Source: a virus. From it: a DNA stretch of 64,000 nt. Shown piece by piece: positions 18,255 to 25,204 of this stretch. The notes under the pieces are model-generated. The model worked only from the letters and a program-made list of their open reading frames with translations, did not search any database and was not told the DNA's origin. A program made the translations under genes and the position numbers. The stretch lies in the IMG/VR virus record IMGVR_UViG_2974643820_000001; one strand, given 5' to 3'. Numbering within the stretch: the stretch's first letter is position 1; the number at the start of each line of letters is the position of its first letter.

Positions 18255-18806
18255 ATGACTATGCCCAAAACTCCTGTCCGTATCGCTGTTGAGCCTCTGT
18301 TATCACAGGCTGAAGAAGCTGCCGAGCAGTACGCGAACAAAATCATCAAGAACGTGATGGACGACCTGGCCGCCAACGGCTGGGATCTTCAGAAGTGCGC
18401 CCCTTGGCCGTCAACTGTCGGCGTCCGGATGGGTCACCACGATTACCACCGCATGAAGGCAAAACAGTCCTTGTATATGAGCCTGACTACCGACAATAAC
18501 CCGCCAAACCGCTCTTATCAGGTCGGTGCGCCGAACATCGTCAAGGCCGATCCAGAGCGCCAACGTCTGTTCATCAAGGAAGCCCGTCGCAACGCTGCCT
18601 ATCAGTATGAGTCTTTCATCTGTAAACTGGAAGACAAGATTGGCGGTCATAGCGCGGCTGTCCTCGACGGTTCCCACATTTGGGGACATTCAATCCTGAC
18701 CGTGACTACTCCGGAAGGGGTTCAGCGCTGGAAGACTCAGACGATCATCAATGTGTCTAAGCTGGGCAAACTCTTTAACCAATATCCAACTCGCAAGGTG
18801 AAATAA
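18255..18806 (+). CDS. hypothetical protein, 183 aa
   Basis: GAAGGA RBS; coupled to next gene. Confidence 0.85.
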   Translation: MTMPKTPVRIAVEPLLSQAEEAAEQYANKIIKNVMDDLAANGWDLQKCAPWPSTVGVRMGHHDYHRMKAKQSLYMSLTTDNNPPNRSYQVGAPNIVKADPERQRLFIKEARRNAAYQYESFICKLEDKIGGHSAAVLDGSHIWGHSILTVTTPEGVQRWKTQTIINVSKLGKLFNQYPTRKVK

Positions 18807-19165
18807 TGGAAAACAAAATCAAATTGACCTGGCGCGTCGCCCCTGAACCAACGGGGCGCTATCGCTCCTTTGAGCGCCGCGCATGGCCGTCAGCCGAGTA
18901 CAAGAACGGCGCTTGTGCGGCCTATATGTCTCACGAAGAAAGCTATGAACCATCTGTTCACCGAAACGCGACTGATCTCGTCATTAAACTTCACATCGCC
19001 AAATGGGATCAGAAAGAAGACGGGCGCTGGGGATTCAAATGGCGTGTGTTGAACAAGCGCGCTTCTTCCATTGCAGAAGCCAAACAAATCGTGGAAGAGT
19101 TCCTGAATGGTCAGGCGAAGAACTCTGTGGTGCACCCGGACTACCGTGGAGGGGAAGTGAAATGA
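18806..19165 (+). CDS. hypothetical protein, 119 aa
   Basis: TAATG coupling; followed by a bidirectional terminator. Confidence 0.85.
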   Translation: MENKIKLTWRVAPEPTGRYRSFERRAWPSAEYKNGACAAYMSHEESYEPSVHRNATDLVIKLHIAKWDQKEDGRWGFKWRVLNKRASSIAEAKQIVEEFLNGQAKNSVVHPDYRGGEVK

Positions 19166-19167
19166 AG

Positions 19168-19189
19168 AAAGGGGCTTAATGCCCCTTTT
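19168..19189. terminator. bidirectional terminator between convergent genes
   Basis: AAAGGGGC-TTAAT-GCCCCTTTT. Confidence 0.8.
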
Positions 19190-19190
19190 G

Positions 19191-19649
19191 TTATTCTTCC
19201 CAGAAGTCGTCATCGTCACCGACGGCGGCCAGTTCCGTGTCCAGGTCTTCATCACTGAATGGTGGCAGCACGCCATTCTGGATCAGATAATCCATCTCAT
19301 CGTCTTCCAGCTGCAGGTCAGTAGCAACATACAATGCTCCGCTGCCCTCTTCGTCCGTCTCGATGCTGTATGACGTGTATGCCATGCCATTCACCGTGAT
19401 GATCACCGACGTTGGATCCTCGGGATCTACGTGCGCCTCGAACGGTACACCGTCAATCGGCGCATCTTCCAGGAAGGTGGCAAGGGCTACTGCTGCGCGG
19501 ACAACATCAGTGCCTTCAACGCCAGCATAGATTTCTTCCGCGCCCGTCTCTTCACGATCAAACAGCTCAATCGTGATGCCGTCTTGAACGCCAGTCCAGA
19601 CTGGGGCGTCGCTTGGGCGTTCTGATTCAAACAATTTGGAGGTTAGCAT
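19191..19649 (-). CDS. acidic late protein, 152 aa, possibly virion-associated
   Basis: Own CTAAATACCCC late promoter at 19678-19688; GAGGA RBS. Confidence 0.8.
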   Translation of the reverse strand: MLTSKLFESERPSDAPVWTGVQDGITIELFDREETGAEEIYAGVEGTDVVRAAVALATFLEDAPIDGVPFEAHVDPEDPTSVIITVNGMAYTSYSIETDEEGSGALYVATDLQLEDDEMDYLIQNGVLPPFSDEDLDTELAAVGDDDDFWEE

Positions 19650-19677
19650 GTTGGGTTCCTCAGTGGGTTAGCCATAT

Positions 19678-19688
19678 GGGGTATTTAG
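19678..19688 (-). promoter_or_regulatory. late promoter CTAAATACCCC
   Basis: Exact recurring motif. Confidence 0.75.
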
Positions 19689-20148
19689 GCTTCCCGCTTG
19701 GCGAGGCCTGGTTTGTACAGGACGATTTCACGCACCATAGGCACCCCAGAGCGGTCCAGCACGATGGTGGAGTCATAGCCCGAGCAATTAGCGCGGCGGC
19801 GTTCTCATGGATCTTACCAGCTTCGATACCGAGGGCGCGCATTGCATCTTCCCATGCGGACACGTTGTTGGAGTCCAGTTCGAGCGGCTTGTTGACGTTG
19901 ACGTTGAACACCAGCACATGAGGTTCACCAGTCTTGCGATAGCGAACGGCGTTTTCAGCATAGCGCTGTGCCTCTTCTTCACTACCAGTCAGATAGAACC
20001 CAGGTCCCATCGTACCACAATCAGTCTGACCGAAGCGCTCAAAGTCGAAGACATCGAATTCTACGTTGGAGCCGTGAAAGAGGCGCATGTTACCGAACTT
20101 GGGTTCAGCCTCAGACGCCTCGCGGAAATATTCAAGAAAGGTTTTCAT
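19685..20148 (-). CDS. capsid-targeted H-Y-E ADP-ribosyltransferase-like protein, ~154 aa; 1-nt deletion at 19779-19781
   Basis: MKTFLEYFRE N-terminus; FHGS, GPGFYLT, AQRYA; one extra G restores ARGYDSTIVLDRSGVPMVREIVLYKP. Confidence 0.7.
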
Positions 20149-20150
20149 AG

Positions 20151-20181
20151 ATACCCCACACTGGTTGTATGGGGTATTTAG
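20151..20181 (-). promoter_or_regulatory. late promoter CTAAATACCCC with RBS-sequestering hairpin
   Basis: ATACCCCA/TGGGGTAT inverted repeat covers the GGGGT RBS. Confidence 0.75.
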
Positions 20182-20187
20182 GAGGGA

Positions 20188-21381
20188 TCAGGAAGGAGTG
20201 AAGGTGTTGACGTTCACTTCATCTGGGATAGCCAGTTCAGGGCATGCTGCCTTCATTGGCTCGATGTACGGCTTGCTACCCACGATCCAGAACAGAGTGT
20301 TCTCGTTGAGCAGCTCTGGCTTGTGTTGTTGGATCCAGGTCATGACCTTGCCTTCATAACGCGGATGCAGTTCGATATCACCCCACTGATAATCCATCAG
20401 GTCATTGTAACGAACCCAATTGGTCGTGTGAAGATCCCAATGGTGTACCTCGAAGCGAGGAAGCGTTATCTCTGGCTCGTCCTTCTGCCTGATACCACTT
20501 AGGAGGCCAGCCAGCGAAACGCTCTTAGAGGCATGCTGAAGCTCCTTCTTGCCGTGCACATAGTCTGGGTTGTCGTGATAACGACGAGTGAAGTCGACAA
20601 TGTGAGGCAGATTGGCTTGCTTGCCAATGATGCGTAGGCGGCTTTCAATGAAGTCCAGGCGGTTCGGACCAATGCCGATCAGATATACGCGCTTCAGATT
20701 AGGCTTCGGATGCATTGCCAGTCCGGTCAGGATGCTCGTGCATGAGTTGCATGAGCCAGCAGGGATAATCAGATCGGTAATATGGTCAGGGATGTTGGAA
20801 ACCTGCTCACCACCTAGCATGTGGAAACCTGCGATTCGCTCAGGGGAATGCACTGTATGGTCAAGGGTTATCCCATACTCCAGATAGTATGCCTTCCGGT
20901 TGGTCTGTTCGATGAGCTTCTTACAGCGCGGCTGGATGGTGCTGTTGTAGCCCGAGCCGACGAAGTTGAACTCACTGCCAAACCAGGCGCTCATCTCCAC
21001 CATGCCATGGTTCATGCAGGTGTTTGGTTTGGTCGCGCCCAGGACTGTGGTCGTCTTGCCGCCGAAGTGCCGAGAGACTGCCGTCGCCATAGGGGACTGC
21101 GGACTACCAACGACAGTGCCGTGGATGATGTCAGGAGAGCCTCCGGCCTTGAGGTGCTCAACCATCAGCCAGATGGCCTGGCGGAGTTTGCTGCCATTGA
21201 TGCCCTGCTGGCCATTTGCATAATTGGACAGCGGCGCAAAGTAATCTTCACGCTTGAACCAGACCTGCTGATTGGTTTCTGGGTTGGCAACGAGTTCACA
21301 CGGAGTGTGCTTGTAGAGATAATCTTCCCAGTGAACCAGGTTGCGGTCGAGGGAAAGGGTATCGAAGATGGTCTTGTTCAT
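20188..21381 (-). CDS. PLP-dependent fold-type II enzyme, probable hypermodification decarboxylase, 397 aa
   Basis: WFKREDY...GINGSKLRQ (PLP lysine) and DLIIPAGSCNS motifs. Confidence 0.8.
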   Translation of the reverse strand: MNKTIFDTLSLDRNLVHWEDYLYKHTPCELVANPETNQQVWFKREDYFAPLSNYANGQQGINGSKLRQAIWLMVEHLKAGGSPDIIHGTVVGSPQSPMATAVSRHFGGKTTTVLGATKPNTCMNHGMVEMSAWFGSEFNFVGSGYNSTIQPRCKKLIEQTNRKAYYLEYGITLDHTVHSPERIAGFHMLGGEQVSNIPDHITDLIIPAGSCNSCTSILTGLAMHPKPNLKRVYLIGIGPNRLDFIESRLRIIGKQANLPHIVDFTRRYHDNPDYVHGKKELQHASKSVSLAGLLSGIRQKDEPEITLPRFEVHHWDLHTTNWVRYNDLMDYQWGDIELHPRYEGKVMTWIQQHKPELLNENTLFWIVGSKPYIEPMKAACPELAIPDEVNVNTFTPS

Positions 21382-21388
21382 TCTATTT

Positions 21389-21428
21389 CTCCTGTAGACA
21401 TTGGCTTATCATAGCGTATCTACAGGAG
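21389..21428 (-). promoter_or_regulatory. 10-bp hairpin with TATGAT in the loop and AGGAG RBS in the stem
   Basis: CTCCTGTAGA/TCTACAGGAG perfect IR upstream of the PLP gene. Confidence 0.65.
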
Positions 21429-21450
21429 TATAGAAAAGGAGAATCTCAGC

Positions 21451-22152
21451 TTACTTGGTCAGGAAGTAGAACATCCGACGTAGGAAAGACGATTTGACGG
21501 CAGGCTTCTCCTTCGGCACTGGGTACTGTAGGATCGGAGGAAGTTCAGGGTCTTGGCCTACAGGGGCACCGAAGTCATTCAGAACACGACTGGCCGGAGG
21601 AGTCGGCGGTGTCGGCGCTTTCGTTTCACAGGCCGGAACGATGTTCACGACGTGACGCGGGGATCCAGCGGGATCATGAACAACCACATTACCTTGCACA
21701 CTGACAGGCTTGACCAGAGTCTTTTCATACTCGCGAGCCATGGCCTGGTACTTCCGATTCTCTGCGTCGAAGTCCATGGCAACGACTTTGCGACAACGGC
21801 GCGTTGCGCTCTCGTCACCGTAGAAATCGTATCCGTTCTTAACCAGCCAGTGCACAGCACGTTCAAATGATTGGAAGATCATGAACGGCTGACCATTGCC
21901 TTCTTCGGCAGCAGTGATGCTGGAGTAACCCATGAGCACAACCTGGCCTTTGACGCCAAGATCAAACGTCATACCGAGGTTTGGGATGTCTTTGTCACGA
22001 CGGAAGAAACCATTGTCACGGTGGATATAATTCGGCGACAAGAACTCATTCAGAGTACGTTTGTTGCCTTTGTATTCAAACAGACGGAGGCAGACCGGAG
22101 TAGACAGGTGCTCCCAATCTTCTTCGTTAGTCCAGATAGAAACATTACGCAT
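21451..22152 (-). CDS. hypothetical protein, 233 aa
   Basis: GAGGA RBS; upstream IR ATAGGGGTTTA/TAAACCCCTAT followed by TATCAT. Confidence 0.85.
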   Translation of the reverse strand: MRNVSIWTNEEDWEHLSTPVCLRLFEYKGNKRTLNEFLSPNYIHRDNGFFRRDKDIPNLGMTFDLGVKGQVVLMGYSSITAAEEGNGQPFMIFQSFERAVHWLVKNGYDFYGDESATRRCRKVVAMDFDAENRKYQAMAREYEKTLVKPVSVQGNVVVHDPAGSPRHVVNIVPACETKAPTPPTPPASRVLNDFGAPVGQDPELPPILQYPVPKEKPAVKSSFLRRMFYFLTK

Positions 22153-22222
22153 TGGTGTATCCTCAAATCAATGATAGGGGTTTAACGGTTAAATTTTAAA
22201 CCCCTATTAGTTGTTGAACAAA

Positions 22223-22741
22223 TTAGATGGTATTCATGTAGAGAGGGACAACCTGCTCAGCGATCAAAATGATCTCGTTGATGGTAAAGTCGCCGCCATA
22301 AGAGTTCAGCTTCATCTGCGCCCCGTTGGTCGCGAGGTTCCCTGCCTTGTCAACACTGAAGAACGTGATGAAAGAGAGAACGTCCGGAGGCGGTAAACTG
22401 GAATCACGGCTCTTTGACAACTGGTTGCCAGTGGAGCCGACAAAGTCCAGCAACATTGTCCTGTTGGAAGTTGAACCAGACCATGTTCCGATAATGTTCA
22501 CCTTGACAGGCAAGATGGAATCTACGGGAAACGCATGGAATTTATGATCAGACAATTTGAAGAAAGGAGCTAACCCGGTCACGGACGAAGGATGTGGTGT
22601 CTTGCCATCCAACAACGTTAAGAGATCAACACCAGTCGCTCCAGCAGGCAAAGCCGCTGTAAGGCCAGAGAACCTCACTTCGACTTTGATGCGATGCGTC
22701 TGAAGCATATTGCCCAGATAAGGAGAAGGTAGAATGGCCAT
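22223..22741 (-). CDS. hypothetical late protein, 172 aa
   Basis: AGGAGG RBS; second gene after the TATAAATA promoter. Confidence 0.8.
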   Translation of the reverse strand: MAILPSPYLGNMLQTHRIKVEVRFSGLTAALPAGATGVDLLTLLDGKTPHPSSVTGLAPFFKLSDHKFHAFPVDSILPVKVNIIGTWSGSTSNRTMLLDFVGSTGNQLSKSRDSSLPPPDVLSFITFFSVDKAGNLATNGAQMKLNSYGGDFTINEIILIAEQVVPLYMNTI

Positions 22742-22749
22742 GGCTCCTC

Positions 22750-22986
22750 CTAGGACACGATAATAGAAGAAGCGGAAGACGCGCTCTTAACCCATCCGAC
22801 CGTTGGTGGGGTGAGCACAACGATATTACCTTGATAGAGAGTATGAGCCGGAGAGGAAGCACTCGGTGTGGTTGGACTATCACACAAATACACAGAACCT
22901 TGAGTCACTTGTATTGTTTTCAATGATGTGCCATCTGAGACTTGCGTCCATGTACTTGCGTCCAGAGTAAACTTGGCTGTTGCCAT
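22750..22986 (-). CDS. hypothetical late protein, 78 aa (MATAKFTLD...)
   Basis: AGGAGG RBS; TATAAATA at 23014-23021. Confidence 0.8.
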   Translation of the reverse strand: MATAKFTLDASTWTQVSDGTSLKTIQVTQGSVYLCDSPTTPSASSPAHTLYQGNIVVLTPPTVGWVKSASSASSIIVS

Positions 22987-23013
22987 GATACACCTCCTGT
23001 ACAAGTTCAGATC

Positions 23014-23021
23014 TATTTATA
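23014..23021 (-). promoter_or_regulatory. T4-type late promoter TATAAATA
   Basis: Exact T4 late consensus in intergenic region. Confidence 0.7.
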
Positions 23022-23027
23022 CCGGAC

Positions 23028-23056
23028 AAAAGAAAGCCGGATATCCTTATCCGGCT
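23028..23056 (-). terminator. terminator closing the tRNA/ncRNA transcript
   Basis: AGCCGGATA/TATCCGGCT stem plus TTCTTTT. Confidence 0.8.
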
Positions 23057-23303
23057 ATGCCACATCGATGGGATGGGTGGAAAGACTACACACTTCGCAC
23101 TGGTACTGCCTTATGGGAGAGCGCGTCAGGAGTCGAACCTGAAGTCGTCGGCGTAGAGAAAGCTATTTGCATTTCACTATCCTCGCCTCGATTTTCTTAA
23201 CTTCCTAAACACCCGATTACGAGAGAGTCGACATGCACATCTTCTAACTCTTCAGGAAGTCACGCCCAAAATATGATTTGCGATGATGGACCCATTCCAT
23301 CTG

Positions 23304-23369
23304 GGGCTGGGTGAGTGGGAGTTGAACCCACAACGCTTGGCTCGCTTTCCCTACCATTCAGGCCACCCA
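23304..23369 (-). pseudogene. degenerate tRNA-like element
   Basis: Acceptor TGGGTGG/TCACCCA and T-arm GTGGG-TTCAACT-CCCAC; no anticodon arm; ends GCCC, not NCCA. Confidence 0.4.
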
Positions 23370-23467
23370 ATTCCAGGAGGTAGAACACCTTTGCCGTCAG
23401 TGTCCATGCGCCAGTCTTCCGCCCTAGCCTCCACTCGCGTCTGGGATTTCCGCGATGATCGCAAATT

Positions 23468-23556
23468 TGGCGGAAGGTGAAGGATTCGAACCTTCGGGGC
23501 TTATAAGCCCCACTCGATTAGCAATCGAGTCCCTTAAACCTCTCGGGCAACCTTCC
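23468..23556 (-). tRNA. tRNA-Ser(GCT)
   Basis: Full class II cloverleaf; CTCGA-TTGCTAA-TCGAG anticodon arm; GGTTCGAATCC; encoded CCA. Confidence 0.95.
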
Positions 23557-23623
23557 AGTATTAGCCCCTCCCTGTCACCATCCAGGAATCCTGTAGGAAT
23601 CGAACCTACACGAGGGGGTTATT

Positions 23624-23707
23624 TGGAGCGGGAGAGCAGGATTCGAACCTGTCCAGTGATCGTCGCCGATGATCAGTCAGCTACTGGCCAACCCCTATGG
23701 CTCCCGC
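23624..23707 (-). ncRNA. tRNA-like RNA with Gly-type acceptor and no canonical anticodon arm
   Basis: GCGGGAG/CTCCCGC-T-CCA, T-loop TTCGAAT, non-canonical interior. Confidence 0.55.
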
Positions 23708-23815
23708 GAAATTAGGACGGGCTTCACACCCGATTGTGCATTTCATCTGCCCGTTTGAAGGGCGACCAGTGCCTTCTGGTCAGATACACAGCGTGGCTGC
23801 AACGCTTACTGTGTT

Positions 23816-23899
23816 TGGTGTGAGTGGATGGATTCGAACCACCGCGCTGTTACGGGGAGATTTACAGTCTCCTGCATTCGACCGCTCTGCCACACTCAC
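23816..23899 (-). tRNA. tRNA-Tyr(GTA)
   Basis: GGAGA-CTGTAAA-TCTCC anticodon arm; long variable arm; encoded CCA. Confidence 0.95.
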
Positions 23900-23902
23900 A
23901 TT

Positions 23903-23976
23903 TGGTCTACCGCTACGTGCTGGGCCACGCTCGAGGACATCGGCCATCCTTCCTCAGCTAATCCACGCAGCGGCAG
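23903..23976 (-). ncRNA. CCA-terminated long-stem RNA
   Basis: 13-bp stem CTGCCGCTGCGTG/CACGTAGCGGTAG followed by A-CCA; sits directly upstream of tRNA-Tyr. Confidence 0.5.
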
Positions 23977-24045
23977 ATTTGTTTCAGAGTGTCCGGTGTA
24001 GCAACCCGTGAGGTGCGCACTACTGTAGCCTCTACACTCTGAATT

Positions 24046-24150
24046 TGGTGGGCGTTACTATCGTCGTCTTCGGATTCCGTTCGGCTATTGGACAGAGGCT
24101 TGGAGCTTGTCGGTTGCGTACTTCGTGCCTATCCACTTTCGTTCACACCC
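24046..24150 (-). ncRNA. CCA-terminated ~105-nt RNA
   Basis: GGGTGT/ACGCCC-A-CCA terminal stem; no T-loop; directly downstream of tRNA-Asn. Confidence 0.5.
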
Positions 24151-24156
24151 ATTGTC

Positions 24157-24232
24157 TGGCGACGATGGCAGGACTTGAACCTGCGACATACGGTTTAACA
24201 GACCGCCGTTCTACCGACTGAACTACATCGTC
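24157..24232 (-). tRNA. tRNA-Asn(GTT)
   Basis: 76-nt canonical cloverleaf; GCGGT-CTGTTAA-ACCGT; encoded CCA. Confidence 0.95.
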
Positions 24233-24233
24233 T

Positions 24234-24431
24234 TTATCCGTGCTTGTTCGCTTCAATCGCCCTTAATTGGGCATCAGCGTCAGCTTTGGTGTCATGTGTC
24301 CCAAGAACCTTCGTCTTGGTGTGGTCAAGGACAACCCACTTGTCGCCTCGCCTTTCAACAAACTCGACAATCTCTTTGTTGTCAGTAGCGAGGCCATCCC
24401 ACTCAGCAATAAAATCACCGAACGTTTTCAT
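24234..24431 (-). CDS. putative internal head protein, 65 aa (MKTFGDFIAE|WDG...)
   Basis: T4 capsid-targeting-like N-terminus; own TAAATA late cassette. Confidence 0.75.
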   Translation of the reverse strand: MKTFGDFIAEWDGLATDNKEIVEFVERRGDKWVVLDHTKTKVLGTHDTKADADAQLRAIEANKHG

Positions 24432-24470
24432 CTTACTCACCAATTGTTTATTGAACAACTGGTTTATTTA
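24421..24470 (-). repeat. 50-bp late-promoter/RBS/start cassette, copy 1
   Basis: 46/50 identical to 24685-24734. Confidence 0.9.
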
Positions 24471-24695
24471 AACCCCGTACACGATGCCACGGCCTTTCGG
24501 TGTCTTACCATTACCGAACCATTTCCCTGTCATCTGAGCAGAGCCTGGTGTACTGGCAACAACAAATTCACTACCACCGTGACCTTCTTTGGTGAATTCG
24601 GCCTTTGGATTCTTCTTCAGGCAGACCTGTTTCCATTCATCAAAGTCATTGTATTCCTTGTTGGCTTCGGTCAGGAATTCTTTAAACGTTTTCAT
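24468..24695 (-). CDS. putative internal head protein, 75 aa (MKTFKEFLTE|ANK...)
   Basis: N-terminus matches T4 IPI MKTFKEF; own CTAAATA late cassette. Confidence 0.78.
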   Translation of the reverse strand: MKTFKEFLTEANKEYNDFDEWKQVCLKKNPKAEFTKEGHGGSEFVVASTPGSAQMTGKWFGNGKTPKGRGIVYGV

Positions 24696-24734
24696 GCTAC
24701 TCTCCAATTGTTTGTTGAACAACTGGTTTATTTA
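24685..24734 (-). repeat. 50-bp late-promoter/RBS/start cassette, copy 2
   Basis: 46/50 identical to 24421-24470. Confidence 0.9.
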
Positions 24735-25010
24735 GGTGCTCCCGAGGCGGCATTTCAATTCCGCGATCCCATCACGCCTGCCGTAGACCGGAGCTTGCTG
24801 GCAGTCCAACAATATTTGGTGTTCCCTGAGGGAGTCGAACCCCCAACTTCCGTTATTCTCAACAACCTTCCCCAGTCCGTGCAGTCTGGTACTCAGATGT
24901 CTACCTTCACGTTCGCCTGTATCCAAGCCTATCTCTTCATTTAACCTTACAGCCTCAATCTGCACGGGTGAAAGAGCTTCAGAGATACTGCCATACAACG
25001 GGAACAAAAC

Positions 25011-25113
25011 TGGCGGGGTCTGAGGCTTTTCACCTCACCTGCTGGGTTTGGCCGCCCAGCCGTTCTCTATGAGGATTCGCTGTCCGGACAGCTATCCCTT
25101 AAACTATCGCCCC
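25011..25113 (-). ncRNA. degenerate tRNA-like RNA ending GCCA
   Basis: GGGG/CCCC-G-CCA ends; TAGTTTAAGG D-loop-like start; TGAGG-TGAAAAG-CCTCA T-arm-like hairpin. Confidence 0.4.
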
Positions 25114-25119
25114 TCAATT

Positions 25120-25199
25120 TGGTTGGAGGAGAAGGATTCGAACCTTCAACGGCTGCCGCCATCCCCTCAGGGAATGTCTACCCCTTCCATCATCCTCCA
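25120..25199 (-). ncRNA. Leu-type class II tRNA-like RNA with collapsed anticodon arm
   Basis: Perfect acceptor TGGAGGA/TCCTCCA-A-CCA, T-arm, Leu-like D-arm and variable arm; anticodon arm is only TCCC-TGAG-GGGA. Confidence 0.65.
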
Positions 25200-25204
25200 A
25201 ATTA

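Noticed and set aside
24732-25007. 91-aa minus-strand ORF in the tRNA cluster
   Set aside because: Runs through a T-arm/CCA remnant and lacks the late cassette its neighbours have
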